From the NCBI GenBank assembly GCA_965199855.1, contig OZ241326.1, positions 1,056,001 to 1,120,000 on the forward strand: a DNA stretch of 64,000 bases. Direction: 5' to 3'. How positions within the stretch are numbered: the stretch's first letter is position 1; every line of letters starts with the position of its first letter. The translations under genes were made by a program, and so were the position numbers. Under the pieces are notes generated by a model that saw only the letters and a list, made by a program, of their open reading frames with translations, did not search any database and was not told the DNA's origin. Source of the DNA: a bacterium. GTDB taxonomy: Bacteria > UBA8248. Of this stretch, positions 1 through 11,127 are shown piece by piece.

Positions 1-111
1 TCGGGGGTGGCGAAAAATCGCGCGAGGGGCTATATTGTCTCCCGATGACGGGAGAGACTCGGGGAGCTGTGCGCTCCTTTTTCTTTTCCCGTCTTTTCGG
101 AGGACGGGGCG

Positions 112-576
112 ATGGCGGGCGGGGTGAAAATCATCGCGGAGAACAGGCGCGCCCGCGCCGATTACGCGATTGACGAGACCTACGAGGCGGGCCTCGTCCT
201 CACGGGCACGGAGGTGAAGGCGCTGCGCGAGGGCCGCGCGAACCTCAAGGAGAGCTACGGCGACATCGTCGGCGGCGAGGCCTGGCTGGTCGATTGCCAC
301 ATCAGCCCCTACGGGCACGGCAACGTCAACAACCACGAGCCCACGCGCCGCAGAAAGCTGCTGCTCCACAGGCGGGAGATCGGGCGGCTCATCGGCCGCG
401 TGAACGAGAAGGGGATGACGCTCGTGCCGATGAAGATGTATTTCTCCCGCGGCCGCGCCAAACTGGAAATCGGCGTGGGCAGGGGCAAGAAGCGCCACGA
501 CCGCCGGGAGGAGCTGAAAAAGCGAGCGGCCGAGCGCGAGATCGAGCGCGCCCTCCGGGAGCGGAACCGCGCCTGA
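112..576 (+). CDS. smpB: SsrA-binding protein SmpB
   Basis: Motifs [35 protein letters not shown] and GKKRHDRR; immediately upstream of tmRNA. Confidence 0.98.
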   Translation: MAGGVKIIAENRRARADYAIDETYEAGLVLTGTEVKALREGRANLKESYGDIVGGEAWLVDCHISPYGHGNVNNHEPTRRRKLLLHRREIGRLIGRVNEKGMTLVPMKMYFSRGRAKLEIGVGRGKKRHDRREELKKRAAEREIERALRERNRA

Positions 577-691
577 CGGGCGCCTTGGGAGGATGCGCGG
601 CTTTTCCGTCCCGCTGAGCGGGGCGGCGACAGGATATGCGAATCGGCCCGGGGCGCAGGATCGCCGCCCCGGGCCGGCGTTCATCTTTCAT

Positions 692-1051
692 GGGGGCGAT
701 CCGGTTTCGACGGGAGGATTTGAAGTCTGAGCCGCGCGCCGGGGACGCCACTTGGCCCCGTCATCAATGTGGCGAATCACACCAGCCGACAACGAGCTGG
801 CTCTCGCTGCCTAGACGCTAGCGAGCGCTTCCCCTCGCCTCGTCCGCGGGCGGGGAGCGGAGCGTCATGAAGCGGACTAGCCGAACCGGGCTTCTGTCCG
901 CAGCCCGATAGGCGAACCTCAATCGGACTAGCGCGGAGGAAGGCCCGCCGGCGGGCCTGAAACCGGGCGAAGCCTTCACCGCCGGCTACGCGCGTAGACG
1001 CTCACGACGGAAGCCTTTCGGACGCGGGTTCGATTCCCGCCGCCTCCACCA
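692..1051 (+). ncRNA. ssrA: tmRNA (transfer-messenger RNA); tag reading frame 785-814 encodes ADNELALAA*
   Basis: 5' GGGGGCG pairs with 3' CGCCTCC-A-CCA; T-arm GGGTTCGATTCCC; tag ends in the typical LALAA-stop; follows smpB. Confidence 0.97.
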
Positions 1052-1328
1052 GAACCATCCATCCCTGCGGATGGCGGAAGTGAACCGCCTTTTCCGCCCT
1101 CGGGGCGTTCCCGCTCGGCAAGCGCGGGCGGGGCTCTCGAAGACGCGCGCGCCCTCTCCCCCCGCCTCGCCTTTCCATTCGGGGCGGACGCCGCCGCTTT
1201 CCCCGACAAAACAGCCTCTTTTTTCCCGAAGCGGCGTTGGCGGCGGGAATTTGCGCCGCGGCGCGCGGGGGGATTACAATGGATTCGCTCGACGTGATTC
1301 GACCTGGGGTCCGGGCTTCCGCGGGAGG

Positions 1329-3497
1329 ATGAAGAGCGTGGCGCATCTGGTGGAAGAGCGAAGGGCGGCGGTCGCCGCCGAGACGCCGACCGAGCCGAGA
1401 CGCCGCTACCTGAACCGGGAGCTCTCCTGGCTCGCCTTCAACTGGCGCGTGCTCGCCGAGGCGAGCAACCGCCGGCATCCCCCGCTCGAGCGGCTGCGCT
1501 TCCTCTCCATTTCGGCGAGCAACCTCGATGAGTTCTTCATGGTGCGGCTGGCGGGCCTCAAGGGGCAGGTGGCGAACGGGGTCACCCAGAGAAGCCTGGA
1601 CGGCCGGACGCCCGCCGAGCAGCTGGCCGAAGTCGCCCGGGAGAGCGCGCGGCTGATTCGGGAGCAGGAGGCGGCGTGGACGAGCCTGCGGGCGGAGCTC
1701 GCCGGAGCCGGCATCTCGGTGGTCTCGGCGGAGGAGCTGAGCCCCGGGGACGTGGAGTGGCTCGGCGACTACTTCCTTCGCCAGGTCTTTCCCGTGCTGA
1801 CGCCTCTCGCCATCGATCCGGCGCACCCGTTTCCGTTCATCGCCAATCGAGGCTTCGGCCTCGCGCTCGAACTCGAAGCCATCGACGGCGCGCGCGCGAT
1901 GCGGGCGCTGGTTCCGCTGCCCGATCAGGCGCCCCGCTTCACCCGTCTGCCGGGCGAGGAGATACGCTTCATCGCCCTGGAGAGCCTCGCCCGGCTGTTC
2001 ATCGACGACCTGTTCCCCGGCTACCGGATCGTCGGCAGCGGCGTGTTCCGCCTGATCCGGGACAGCGACATCGAATACGAGGAGGAGGCGGAGGACCTCG
2101 TCCTGCTGTTCGAGGCGATGCTGCGCCGGCGGCGGCTCGGCGGCGTGGTGCGCCTGAGCCTGAGCGCGGACATGCCCGCCTCGCTGCGCGCGCTGGTGAT
2201 CAACGAGTTCGACGCCCAGCCGGAGGACATCGTGGAGCTGACCGGCATGGTCGGCATGGCGCAGCTGGGCGAGCTGATCGACTGCGGACGGGAGGATTTG
2301 ACGTTCCCGGACTACCGGGCGCGCTTTCCCGAGCGCATCCGAGAATACGACAACGACTGCTTCGCGGCGATTCGCCACAAGGACATCGTCGTCCATCACC
2401 CCTACGAGAGCTTCGACGTGGTGGTGCAGTTTCTCGAGCAGGCGGCGGCCGACGCGAGCGTGCTGGCCATCAAGCAGACGCTGTATCGGACGACCGCCGA
2501 GTCGCCCATCGTCAAGGCGCTCATCGCGGCGGCGGAGTCGGGCAAGTCGGTCACCGCGCTGGTCGAGCTCAAGGCGCGGTTCGACGAGGAGGCCAACCTC
2601 AAGCTCTCGCGGTCGCTCGAGCGCGCGGGCGTCCACGTGGTCTATGGCTTCATGAAGCTCAAGACGCACGCCAAGGTAACCTGCGTCGTGCGCCGGGAGG
2701 GCGACGGCCTGCGAAGCTACGTGCATTTCGGCACGGGCAACTACCATCCGGTCACCGCGCGAATCTACACCGACCTCTCTTTCTTCACGTGCGACGCGCG
2801 CCTCGCCCGCGACGCCGCGCGGGTGTTCAACTTCACCACCGGCTACGCGGAGCCGCGCAGCTTCGAGCGCGTCGCCGTGGCGCCCTCGGGGCTGCGCCAT
2901 TCGGTGCTGGCGCTGATCGACGAGGAAATCGCCAACGCCGAGGCCGGACGCCCCGCCGCCGTCTGGGCGAAGATGAACTCGCTGGTGGACGGCGCGGTCA
3001 TCGACAGGCTCTACGAGGCGAGCGCGGCGGGCGTGCAGATCGACCTGGTGGTGCGCGGGGTGTGCTGCCTGCGTCCGGGGGTGCCGGGGCTGTCCGACAA
3101 CATCCGGGTCAAGAGCATCATCGGGCGCTTTCTCGAGCACTCGCGCGTTGTCTGCTTCGCCAACGGCCGCCCGCTGCCCTCGCCCCGCGCAAAGGTGTTC
3201 ATCACCTCGGCGGACTGGATGCCGCGCAACTTCGACCGCCGCTGCGAGGTGCTGGTGCCGATAGAGAACGAAACCGTGCATCAGCAGGTGCTCGAGCAGA
3301 TCATGGTGGCCAACTTCAAGGACGACGCGCAGAGCTGGAGCATGGCCGGCGACGGGAGCTACGACCGCGTTCCGCCCGGCGAGGAAGGCTTCGCCGCCCA
3401 CACCTATTTCATGACCAACCCGAGCCTGTCCGGCCGCGGAAGCGCGCTGAGGCGGGCCGGGGGGCCGGCGAGGCTGCGGATTGCGGAAGACGGCTGA
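1329..3497 (+). CDS. ppk1: Polyphosphate kinase 1
   Basis: [49 protein letters not shown]; ATG 1329 follows GGGAGG. Confidence 0.96.
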   Translation: MKSVAHLVEERRAAVAAETPTEPRRRYLNRELSWLAFNWRVLAEASNRRHPPLERLRFLSISASNLDEFFMVRLAGLKGQVANGVTQRSLDGRTPAEQLAEVARESARLIREQEAAWTSLRAELAGAGISVVSAEELSPGDVEWLGDYFLRQVFPVLTPLAIDPAHPFPFIANRGFGLALELEAIDGARAMRALVPLPDQAPRFTRLPGEEIRFIALESLARLFIDDLFPGYRIVGSGVFRLIRDSDIEYEEEAEDLVLLFEAMLRRRRLGGVVRLSLSADMPASLRALVINEFDAQPEDIVELTGMVGMAQLGELIDCGREDLTFPDYRARFPERIREYDNDCFAAIRHKDIVVHHPYESFDVVVQFLEQAAADASVLAIKQTLYRTTAESPIVKALIAAAESGKSVTALVELKARFDEEANLKLSRSLERAGVHVVYGFMKLKTHAKVTCVVRREGDGLRSYVHFGTGNYHPVTARIYTDLSFFTCDARLARDAARVFNFTTGYAEPRSFERVAVAPSGLRHSVLALIDEEIANAEAGRPAAVWAKMNSLVDGAVIDRLYEASAAGVQIDLVVRGVCCLRPGVPGLSDNIRVKSIIGRFLEHSRVVCFANGRPLPSPRAKVFITSADWMPRNFDRRCEVLVPIENETVHQQVLEQIMVANFKDDAQSWSMAGDGSYDRVPPGEEGFAAHTYFMTNPSLSGRGSALRRAGGPARLRIAEDG

Positions 3498-5007
3498 GCG
3501 GTCGCGCCCGACGGCCGCGGCGGCCGGCGTCGGCGAGCGGTACGGCGTCATCGACATCGGGTCGAACTCGATTCGCCTGGTCGTGTTCGACGGGCTGCGG
3601 CGCGCCCCCCTCCCCCTGTTCGACGAAAGAGTCATGTGCGGCCTGGGCCGGGGCCTGGGCGAGTCCGGCCGGCTCGATCCGGAGGGTGTCGAGCGGGCCC
3701 TCGCCAGCCTCGATCGCTTCGGGGCGCTGCTGCGGACGATGGGCGCGGAGCGCTTCGACGCCGTCGCCACGGCGGCCGTGCGCGAGGCGGAGGACGGCGG
3801 CGCGTTCGTCGCCGAGGTCGAGCGGCGGTGCGGCTTTCGCGTCCGCGCGCTCTCGGGCGCCGAGGAGGCGGAGACGGCCGCCCTCGGCGTGCTGAGCGGA
3901 ATGCCCGGGGCGGACGGGCTGATGGGCGATCTGGGGGGCGGCAGCCTTGAACTGGCGCGCCTGGTCGGGGGCGCCGCCGCCGAACGCGCGACGCTTCCTC
4001 TGGGGCCGCTCAGCCTGTTTGCCGCGGCGGGCGGGCGGCGCGAGCGGGCGCGGGGGATCATCGACGAGGCGCTGGCCGAACTGCCCTGGCTGAAAGAGGC
4101 TCGCGGGCGCGCCTTCTACGCCGTCGGCGGCAACTGGCGCGCCCTGGCGCGGGCGCACATGGCGCAGGCGGGCTATCCGCTCAAGATCATTCATCACTAC
4201 CGGCTGCGCCGGGGCGATCTCGCCGGGGTCGCCGGCCTGCTCGCCCGGCAGAGCGCCGGGTCGCCGGCGGGCGTCGAGGGCGTGTCGAGCCGGCGGGTCG
4301 GCCTGCTGCCGCTCGCCGCGCTGGTGATGGATCGCCTGCTGGCCGCCGCCGCCCCGCGCGAGGTCGTCTTCTCCGCGATCGGACTGCGCGAGGGGCTGGC
4401 CTACGCGCGCCTGGACGAGCGGCTGAGGGGCGAGGATCCCCTGCTGGCCGCCGCGCGGGACATCGCCGCGCGCGCCTCCCGGTTTCCCGAACGCGGCGCC
4501 GAGCTGGAGGAGTGGACGGACGGCCTGTTTCCGGAGGAGACCGCCGGGGAGCGCCGCCTGCGCCGCGCCGCCTGTCTGCTGAGCGACATAGGCTGGCGGA
4601 CGCATCCGGACTACCGGGCGGCCCACGCCTGCGCGGAGGCGCTGCGCGCGCGCGCCTTGTACGCCAGCCACCAGGAGCGCGCGTTTCTCGCCCTCGCCGT
4701 CTTCGGCCGCTATACGAGCCGCGAGACGAGCGGGGAGCTGCGCGCGGTCGAGCGGCTGCTGAGCGGGGAGGCGGCGCAGCGGGCGCGAACCTTGGGCCTG
4801 ACCCTGCGCCTGGGCGAGACCCTCTGCGGCGGCGCGCCCGGGACGCTGGGCCGCTTCGCGATCGAGCCCGCCCCAAGGCGCGGTCTCCTGAATCTGCGCT
4901 GCCGCCCCGGGGACCGCGGCCTGGTGGGGGAGGTCGTCATGCGCCGCTTCAAGGCGCTGGCCGCGCGGATGGAGCTGGCGCCGCGCCTGCGCGTCCGGGG
5001 GGAGTGA
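3481..5007 (+). CDS. ppx: Exopolyphosphatase, Ppx/GppA family
   Basis: [34 protein letters not shown]; overlaps the ppk1 stop; exact start uncertain. Confidence 0.93.
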   Translation: MRKTAERSRPTAAAAGVGERYGVIDIGSNSIRLVVFDGLRRAPLPLFDERVMCGLGRGLGESGRLDPEGVERALASLDRFGALLRTMGAERFDAVATAAVREAEDGGAFVAEVERRCGFRVRALSGAEEAETAALGVLSGMPGADGLMGDLGGGSLELARLVGGAAAERATLPLGPLSLFAAAGGRRERARGIIDEALAELPWLKEARGRAFYAVGGNWRALARAHMAQAGYPLKIIHHYRLRRGDLAGVAGLLARQSAGSPAGVEGVSSRRVGLLPLAALVMDRLLAAAAPREVVFSAIGLREGLAYARLDERLRGEDPLLAAARDIAARASRFPERGAELEEWTDGLFPEETAGERRLRRAACLLSDIGWRTHPDYRAAHACAEALRARALYASHQERAFLALAVFGRYTSRETSGELRAVERLLSGEAAQRARTLGLTLRLGETLCGGAPGTLGRFAIEPAPRRGLLNLRCRPGDRGLVGEVVMRRFKALAARMELAPRLRVRGE

Positions 5008-5155
5008 GGCGGACGCCCGAAGAATGGGAGTCCGCCCGCCGGAGTTTCCCGCCGCGCCTCCGTGCGCTACATTGCAGGCGCATTCCGGGGAGAACAAGAC
5101 GAAGCCTCATCCACCCGAACGACGGCGCGGGAGTCGCCGGAAAGAAACGAAAGCC

Positions 5156-5533
5156 ATGAAAGTCGCATACGTTTTCGCCACGGATACGGCGGCGACCTAC
5201 AAGCTCGCCACCATGATTCTGCCCCAGCTCGAGGACGGCTCGCACGGGGCGAGCGTCGTCGGCATGTTCTTCTTCGACGACAACCTCTTCTGCCTGCGGG
5301 CGGGCGACCCCGTGGGCGAGCGGCTGGCGAAGGTGGCCGCCGAGCAGAACATCCTTCTCATGATCTGCGATCAGTGCGCCGTGCGGCGGCACCTCGCCGA
5401 GGGAACCTTCGAGCAGTGCGGCAAGGGCGAGGTCAAGCCGAAGGGAACCGTCGCCGGGGTGCACGCCGGCTGCTTCCCGCAGCTCTACGCCGCCCTGGCT
5501 CCCAATCCGCCGGATCAGGTCATCACGCTTTGA
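5156..5533 (+). CDS. DsrE-related protein, SaoD-like
   Basis: MKVAYVF...YKLATMILPQLE...GMFFFDDN...CDQC...GCFP resembles the SaoD/DsrE family as I recall it. Confidence 0.7.
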   Translation: MKVAYVFATDTAATYKLATMILPQLEDGSHGASVVGMFFFDDNLFCLRAGDPVGERLAKVAAEQNILLMICDQCAVRRHLAEGTFEQCGKGEVKPKGTVAGVHAGCFPQLYAALAPNPPDQVITL

Positions 5534-5631
5534 GGGATTGAGGCGTCCCGCCCGCGCTGCGAAAGCGGCGCTCGGGCGGCTTCGGGGAAGCGGGACCCAT
5601 ATATGGGCGTCCCCTCCCCGGCGGCCGCGCC

Positions 5632-6453
5632 TCAGGACGCCTTGAGGACGCAGTAGCGGTAAAGCTCCATGAGTTGGGAGAGGCCCGCCGCGGCTTCGGG
5701 CGCGCGGCGGCGGCCGACGTCGATCATGCTGCCGGATTCGGCCACGGCGAGGCCGTGCCTCTCCTCGAAGACGGCGAGGTCGTCGAAGCCGCTCAGCCAC
5801 TTCACCCCGAAGGCGCTCTCGAAGAAGTCGGTCGCCTCGGTCACCTTCTCATCGCCCGAGGTCCGGTCGATGACTTTTCGGGAGAAGTAGTCGAAGGCGA
5901 TGGTCATGGCCGGGAGCCGCGCGCGCAGCCGGGCGAGGAAGTCGTGGATGAGGTCGCGCGGCAGATACATCGTGTTCCCCTCCCACACGAACAGCGTGGG
6001 CGCTTCGAGGTCGAAGCCCGCCTCGGCGAGCTTTTCGGGCAGATCGACCTTCAGGTAGTCGCACGGAATCGCCGCGCAGGGCGCCGCGCCGCGCCCCTCC
6101 AGCACCTTGCGCTTGAACGCCACGACCGCCGGCTGATCCACGTCGCAGAAGCGCGCCCCCGCCGCGCCGAAGACGTGCGAGCGCATGTCGAAGCCCGCTC
6201 CCAGCGAGACGATCTGCCGCGCGCCCCCGGCGATTTCGCGCTCGACGATCTCGTTCATCGCGCAGACCCGGTAGCGCACCAGCTCCCGCGAGGGCGGATA
6301 GACGCGGATCAGCTCGCGCACCTTCTCCTCCACCTCGTCGTTCACGAACCACGCCGCGTAGGGGTCGTCGAAGAGCCTGCGCTCCTCGCCGCCCTCCATC
6401 GCCCTCATGCAGGAGATGACGAACGCGGTCGCGCCGATTTCGTTGATGTCCAT
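5632..6453 (-). CDS. Class I SAM-dependent methyltransferase (LCM/TIGR00027-like)
   Basis: LFDDPYA, QIVSLGAGFDMR, DVDQPAV, PTLFVWEG; start MDINE follows GGGAGG. Confidence 0.85.
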   Translation of the reverse strand: MDINEIGATAFVISCMRAMEGGEERRLFDDPYAAWFVNDEVEEKVRELIRVYPPSRELVRYRVCAMNEIVEREIAGGARQIVSLGAGFDMRSHVFGAAGARFCDVDQPAVVAFKRKVLEGRGAAPCAAIPCDYLKVDLPEKLAEAGFDLEAPTLFVWEGNTMYLPRDLIHDFLARLRARLPAMTIAFDYFSRKVIDRTSGDEKVTEATDFFESAFGVKWLSGFDDLAVFEERHGLAVAESGSMIDVGRRRAPEAAAGLSQLMELYRYCVLKAS

Positions 6454-6719
6454 CCATGAGCCTCCCCGGGATGTCGGACGGCCTCTCCCGCCGCGCGGGG
6501 ATGATAGCCGAATGCGCCCGCCGCGGGCAATCCGCCCGGAGGGGGCGCGGGTCGAGGAACTTCGCCGGAAGCTCCCGGCCGGGGACATCCTCGCCGACTC
6601 CGCCCCGCCCCGCCGGGGGGCGCTCTTCGGGGGTTGACTCAGGCGGCCGCGCGCGGATGCGGGCAGATGCGGGCAAACGCCGCGGCCGCGTGAAATGACC
6701 TCTCCGGGAGCCTCTTGAT

Positions 6720-6860
6720 CCATATAATCCGTTTATTTTCAATGACTTGATATTTTTTCCGCGCTCCGAAGGGTCTTGAATTTGTCGAAAAAAGGCGTGA
6801 ATTTGCGGGATAAGGCCGTGAATTTGTCGGATTTTGTCGAAAACGGAATCGTTTTCATCA
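6720..6860. promoter_or_regulatory. AT-rich element with an IHF-consensus site and three 21-bp-phased direct repeats
   Basis: Minus-strand TATCAAGTCATTG (6740-6752) matches WATCAANNNNTTR; TGAATTTG at 6777, 6798 and 6819. Confidence 0.5.
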
Positions 6861-7209
6861 TGGCGCGAACGGAGCGCGCGCGTCGCGCCTGAAACGCGCA
6901 GGGGCGACCCTTCATCGGGGCAGCCCCACGATTCGCGAATCGCCCGTCGCCGGACGACAACCCCCGGATTCCGCAATCTTGCCTCCTCGCCGAGATTGAC
7001 GACGCGGGAACGGCGCGGGACGAAAAACGCCCTGACCCACGCCTTCGCCTTCGTCATCATCCGCTTCCCGAAGTCCATGCGTTCGCCTCCTCCCTCTCGC
7101 GGCGGATTCTCGCGCATTCTCGGGGAAGCCCGACAGGCGCAAATGCGGGCAAATGCGCGATCGATTCCGACGGGGCGGAGGAATCGTCCCGGCGGGGCGG
7201 TCATAAACC

Positions 7210-7510
7210 AAACCCTGGATTCCGGCCTTCGCCGGAATGACGACGGAAGGACGCGGGGCGGACAACCACCGGTGGTTGTCCCTGCGGGCCGCGGCATCGC
7301 CGACCCGCGGAACGGGGCGCAAGAATGCGCCCCCTACGGGCGGCGGCGATTTTGATTTTGCGTAGGGGACGCATATATGCGTCCCGCCCGGCGTTCGGCG
7401 GGAGACATGGGTTTCATGTTTTCGTAGGGGCGGTTCACGAACGACCCCTACGGGATTTTCATCCGGCGGAGGAGTGCCGCGGGGGTTGTCCCCACGGCAA
7501 GCCCCTCGCT
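7210..7510. repeat. Left mosaic of REP-like palindromes
   Basis: CTGGATTCCGGCCTTCGCCGGAATGACG (7215), GGACAACCAC..GTGGTTGTCC (7260), GGGGCGCAAGAATGCGCCCCCTAC (7314), GTAGGGGACGCATATATGCGTCCC (7362), GTAGGGGCGGTTCACGAACGACCCCTAC (7424). Confidence 0.88.
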
Positions 7511-7511
7511 C

Positions 7512-10500
7512 CTAGAATTGCGCGCTCAGGCTCACCGCGGCGCCGTATTCCTTCGTCCCGCTCCCGCTCGCCTCGTAGTGGCCGGAGAGGGTGAGCGCCG
7601 CGCTCCCGCCCAGGGGGAGGGCGCCGCCGACGCCCAGCCGCAGCGTGGTCGAGGCGCTTTCCGTGTCGAGCCCGGCGTCGCCGACCTCCACGCTCGTCTC
7701 GTCGGAGAACTCCTGCTCGAGGTCCGCCGAGGCGAAAAGGCGGCCCCCCTCGCCCGCGCCCGTCTCCAGGGTGAAGCCGGCCCGCGCCCGCGCGCTCCAC
7801 GCCTTCTCCACCGAGACCCGCGCGGCGGAGCCGACCGAATCCGTGAAGTCGCCCAGGTCCGCGTTCGACCAGACGAGCCCCAGGCGCGGGGTGACGGCGA
7901 GGGCGCCCTCCATAAAGGACGCCCGGCGGCCGATCTCGACCCCCAGCGCGAAGCCCTTGCCGCTCGCGTCCTTCTCCAGCTTGCCGCTGACGGACGAGTC
8001 GAACTCCGCGTCGAACCAGGTCGCCTGCCCGGAGAAGTCCAGGTGAAAGCCGCCCCAGAGCCAGGTGGCCGAGGCGCCCGCGCCCATTCCGCTCACGGCC
8101 ATCTCGCCCACGGCGTCCATCTCCGCCTTGCCCTTGAGAAAGTGGGCCGAGAGGCCGAAGCGCGCCCCCGCGCCCTCGAAGTCGAATCCCGCGCGCCCGC
8201 CGGCGACGTCGTAGTCGTAGGCGAGCCTCTCGCTCCCTGCGACCGAATCCGCCGCGTCGGCCGTCCATTCGCCCTGCGCCGCCTCCACACGCCCCCAGAC
8301 GCCGTTCGACCCCCGCGGGGCGGCCATCCGCTCGGCGTAGGCGGGAAGCCGGTTCAGCGCCAGAAGGAGGGAGGGCAGCGCCTCGTAGAGCTCGCAACGC
8401 CTGTCCGTCGCCATGCCGCAGTCGAACCGGGAGACCAGAAGCTCGTCGAGCGCCGGCGCGCCCCCGGCGTCGAGCGGCACGGGCTGGAGATGGCCGGTGG
8501 CGAACCCGTCCCGGGTCTCGGAGACGACCAGGCTGATCTCCCCGCCCTCGCCGCCGATGCCGCCCCCCACCCGGGCGACCGCCGCGCGGGCGACCTCCTG
8601 GGTGAGACCGCCCGAGGCTTGAACCACGATCTTCGTGGGCGCGTCGCCCCGAATCGCCATCTCCGCCCCGTTCGCCTCCACCGAGCCGGTGAGGCCGATG
8701 GTCACCGTCCCCCCGCCCGTCAGGTGAACCGCCGCCGGCGCGCCCGCCCCGCCCCGGACCGTCCCGCGAATGACGATGATCGCCCGGCCCGGATCGTTCA
8801 CCAGAACCGCCCGGCCCGAGGCGCCCGCGAGAACCTCGCCCGTCCCGCCCACCAGCAGCGTCCCGCCGCCCGAGAGATGAACGGCCGCGTCGGAGCCGCC
8901 CCGCACCACGCCGTGAACTGCCACGAACTGCCGGCGCAGGTTCTTCTCGTCCGCCGTCAGACCCAGCGCGCGGCCCGCGGGCTCGTCCCGCCCCAGGCGG
9001 CCCAGACCCGCGCCCGAGACGAAGACGCCCGCCCGCTCCCCCGCTATCTCCGCGCCCTTGGAGACGTTCACCATGATCGCGCCGTTGCCGTCATGCTCAA
9101 GGACGTAGCGCGCGTGAACCCCGTCGCCCCCGGACGTGATGGAGCCCCCGGTCACGTCCACGCGGACGTCGCCCGCGTTGTAGCTGGCCGCGCGCCGCCG
9201 CACCTCGTCCTTCCAGGCGTCCGTATAGACAGTCGGAAGCGCGGCGAGGGCGGTATCCAGGTCGCCCCCCGTCAGCGCGGCTTCGAGAACCGTCCGCTCG
9301 GCGGCCGAGAGAAGCGCCTGCGCCGCCAGCGTCGCCTTCTGCTGCGTCGTGCGGCTCGCCTCGTCGATGGCGAGGATCGCCGGGTCCCGATCGCCTTCCC
9401 GGACGTGATCGGCGATCTCCGCGTGGGAAAGCGCCAGGGCGCGAATCCCCGCGCGGGGAATTTCCAGAATCTCCCCGGCGGCCTCATGCGCCAAGGGGGA
9501 GGCGTCCGTCGGCGCCCAGCCGCGCTTGCGCAGAAGGTTCCGCGCCTCCGCCTTCCAGGCATCGTCGTAGTCCGCGGGAAGGGCGTCGAGCGCCGTATCC
9601 AGCGCGTCGGAATCCCCCGCCTCGACCGCCGAGAGGACGGACTGCTCCGCCGCCGAGAGCGTCCCGTCCTCCCCCGCCACCTTGGCTCTTATGAAGGTGT
9701 CCGTCACGCCCGCGCCGACGGTGACGTCCCCGCTCGATATGACGTGAATCATCGGCGCCGTCCGGCTCGCGTCGTCCGCCGTTTGGGTCCCCTCCCCGAA
9801 GGTGGAGCCGCTCGAACGCGCCGCCCAGGCGAGAACGCCGACCTCCCGCGCCTCCACCGCGCCCCCGTTCGTGACGAGGAGGCGGCCGGCCGCGTTCGCG
9901 TCGCTCGTCAGGCGCCCCTCCGCCCCGATGAAAAACGGCGACACGATCGAGGTCTCCGCGCCCGTCGTCAGCGAAACGGAGCCGAGACCCTCGTGGATTC
10001 CGTAAAAGCCCCTCGCGCTCAGACCCTCCGCCGAGACCGAACCCCCGCCAGCCCCGACGGAGACGTCCGCCTCGCTCGCGGCGCGGCGAATATGGCCCCA
10101 AACGCCGTGGACGCCGTCGCCCGCCGTCTTGACGGAGACGTCCCTCATATCGACCGCGATGTCGCCGCCCGCGCCCGTCTGGTAGGCGAAGACGCCGTAG
10201 GCTCTTGCGCCGGTCGTCTCGACGGTGACGCCGGCCAGATCCATGTCGATTCCGCCCGTGCCCGTTTGGTTGGCCCAGACACCGTAGCTACCCTCGCCCG
10301 CCGTCGTGATGGAGCCGCCGGACACATCCATATCGATTCCGCCCGCGGTCACATGGTGGACGAAGACGCCGTGGGCGTAATCGCCCTTCGTTGCGATGGC
10401 GACGTCGTTCAGATTGATGGAGACGCGGCCCCTCGCGCCCAAGTACTGGACATAGACGGCTTTGGAGACGATGCCCGCCGTCTTGACGGAGCCGCCGGAC

Positions 10501-11114
10501 AGGGTGATGGCGACATCCGCCTCGCTCGCGGCGTTGCTGATCAGGCTGTAGACGCCGTAGCTGTCGTGACCCTTCGTCACAAGCGAACTGTCCCGAACGT
10601 CGATGCTGACGGCGCCCGCGCTCATGCCGCCCTGCGAGCCGAAAATGGCGCGGGCGTGGTTGCCCTCCGTCGTGATTTCGGCGCCGTTCGCGCTGATGGC
10701 GACGTCGCCCGAGCCGCCCAGATGGTGGCCCCAGACGCCTTCGGCGACGCGGCCCGCTGTCGTGATGGAGCCACCCACGATATCGATGTCGATGGCGCCC
10801 GTCCCCTCATGGCGGCCATAAACGCCGTAGGCTAACCGGCCCGCCGTTGCGATTCCGGCGCCGGTCAGATCGATGTCGATCCCGCCCGTCCCCCGGTGAC
10901 GGCCATAAACGCCGTAGGCGTTGGCGGCCGACGTCGAGATGGAGGGGTTCATCGCGTCGATGGTGACGTCCTGCGCGGAGCCGCTGGCGCCCTCGCACGC
11001 GATTCTCTGGCCCGCCCCCGGCGTGTCGCTGCACACGGCGGTCTGCGCCGCCGCCTCCCCCGCGCAGAGAAGCAGCCCGAGCGCCAGGGCGAGCGCGCCC
11101 GCCCGCGCCCTCAC
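7512..11114 (-). CDS. Autotransporter (type V) outer-membrane protein with beta-helix-like passenger repeats
   Basis: Signal peptide (V/M)RARAGALALALGLLLCAGEAAA-Q after AAGGAG; repeated ITTAGxxAYGVYxxHxGTGxIDID units; C-terminal beta-barrel (GVWGR..., TPRLGL, ends LSAQF). The reading frame stays open upstream through the repeat, so the start is uncertain. Confidence 0.88.
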   Translation of the reverse strand: MRARAGALALALGLLLCAGEAAAQTAVCSDTPGAGQRIACEGASGSAQDVTIDAMNPSISTSAANAYGVYGRHRGTGGIDIDLTGAGIATAGRLAYGVYGRHEGTGAIDIDIVGGSITTAGRVAEGVWGHHLGGSGDVAISANGAEITTEGNHARAIFGSQGGMSAGAVSIDVRDSSLVTKGHDSYGVYSLISNAASEADVAITLSGGSVKTAGIVSKAVYVQYLGARGRVSINLNDVAIATKGDYAHGVFVHHVTAGGIDMDVSGGSITTAGEGSYGVWANQTGTGGIDMDLAGVTVETTGARAYGVFAYQTGAGGDIAVDMRDVSVKTAGDGVHGVWGHIRRAASEADVSVGAGGGSVSAEGLSARGFYGIHEGLGSVSLTTGAETSIVSPFFIGAEGRLTSDANAAGRLLVTNGGAVEAREVGVLAWAARSSGSTFGEGTQTADDASRTAPMIHVISSGDVTVGAGVTDTFIRAKVAGEDGTLSAAEQSVLSAVEAGDSDALDTALDALPADYDDAWKAEARNLLRKRGWAPTDASPLAHEAAGEILEIPRAGIRALALSHAEIADHVREGDRDPAILAIDEASRTTQQKATLAAQALLSAAERTVLEAALTGGDLDTALAALPTVYTDAWKDEVRRRAASYNAGDVRVDVTGGSITSGGDGVHARYVLEHDGNGAIMVNVSKGAEIAGERAGVFVSGAGLGRLGRDEPAGRALGLTADEKNLRRQFVAVHGVVRGGSDAAVHLSGGGTLLVGGTGEVLAGASGRAVLVNDPGRAIIVIRGTVRGGAGAPAAVHLTGGGTVTIGLTGSVEANGAEMAIRGDAPTKIVVQASGGLTQEVARAAVARVGGGIGGEGGEISLVVSETRDGFATGHLQPVPLDAGGAPALDELLVSRFDCGMATDRRCELYEALPSLLLALNRLPAYAERMAAPRGSNGVWGRVEAAQGEWTADAADSVAGSERLAYDYDVAGGRAGFDFEGAGARFGLSAHFLKGKAEMDAVGEMAVSGMGAGASATWLWGGFHLDFSGQATWFDAEFDSSVSGKLEKDASGKGFALGVEIGRRASFMEGALAVTPRLGLVWSNADLGDFTDSVGSAARVSVEKAWSARARAGFTLETGAGEGGRLFASADLEQEFSDETSVEVGDAGLDTESASTTLRLGVGGALPLGGSAALTLSGHYEASGSGTKEYGAAVSLSAQF

Positions 11115-11127
11115 GCCGCGCTCCTTC

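Noticed and set aside
1030-1330. Prophage or ICE integrated at the tmRNA 3' end
   Set aside because: No integrase, and no duplicated ssrA 3' end noticed in the window
1002-4061. Long antisense and alternate-frame ORFs (also 7518-10835, 17188-19866, 27865-31644, 52944-55607 and others)
   Set aside because: Shadow ORFs expected at high GC, overlapping well-supported genes
6717-6743. dif-like site (..CATATAA TCCGT TTATTTTCAAT)
   Set aside because: The XerD-like arm is a partial match, but the spacer is 5 bp rather than 6 and the XerC arm is poor
5849-7079. Minus-strand ORF starting MDFGKRMMTK after a good GGAGG RBS
   Set aside because: It runs through the AT-rich element and out of frame over the methyltransferase, with no recognisable motif; a short real gene here cannot be excluded
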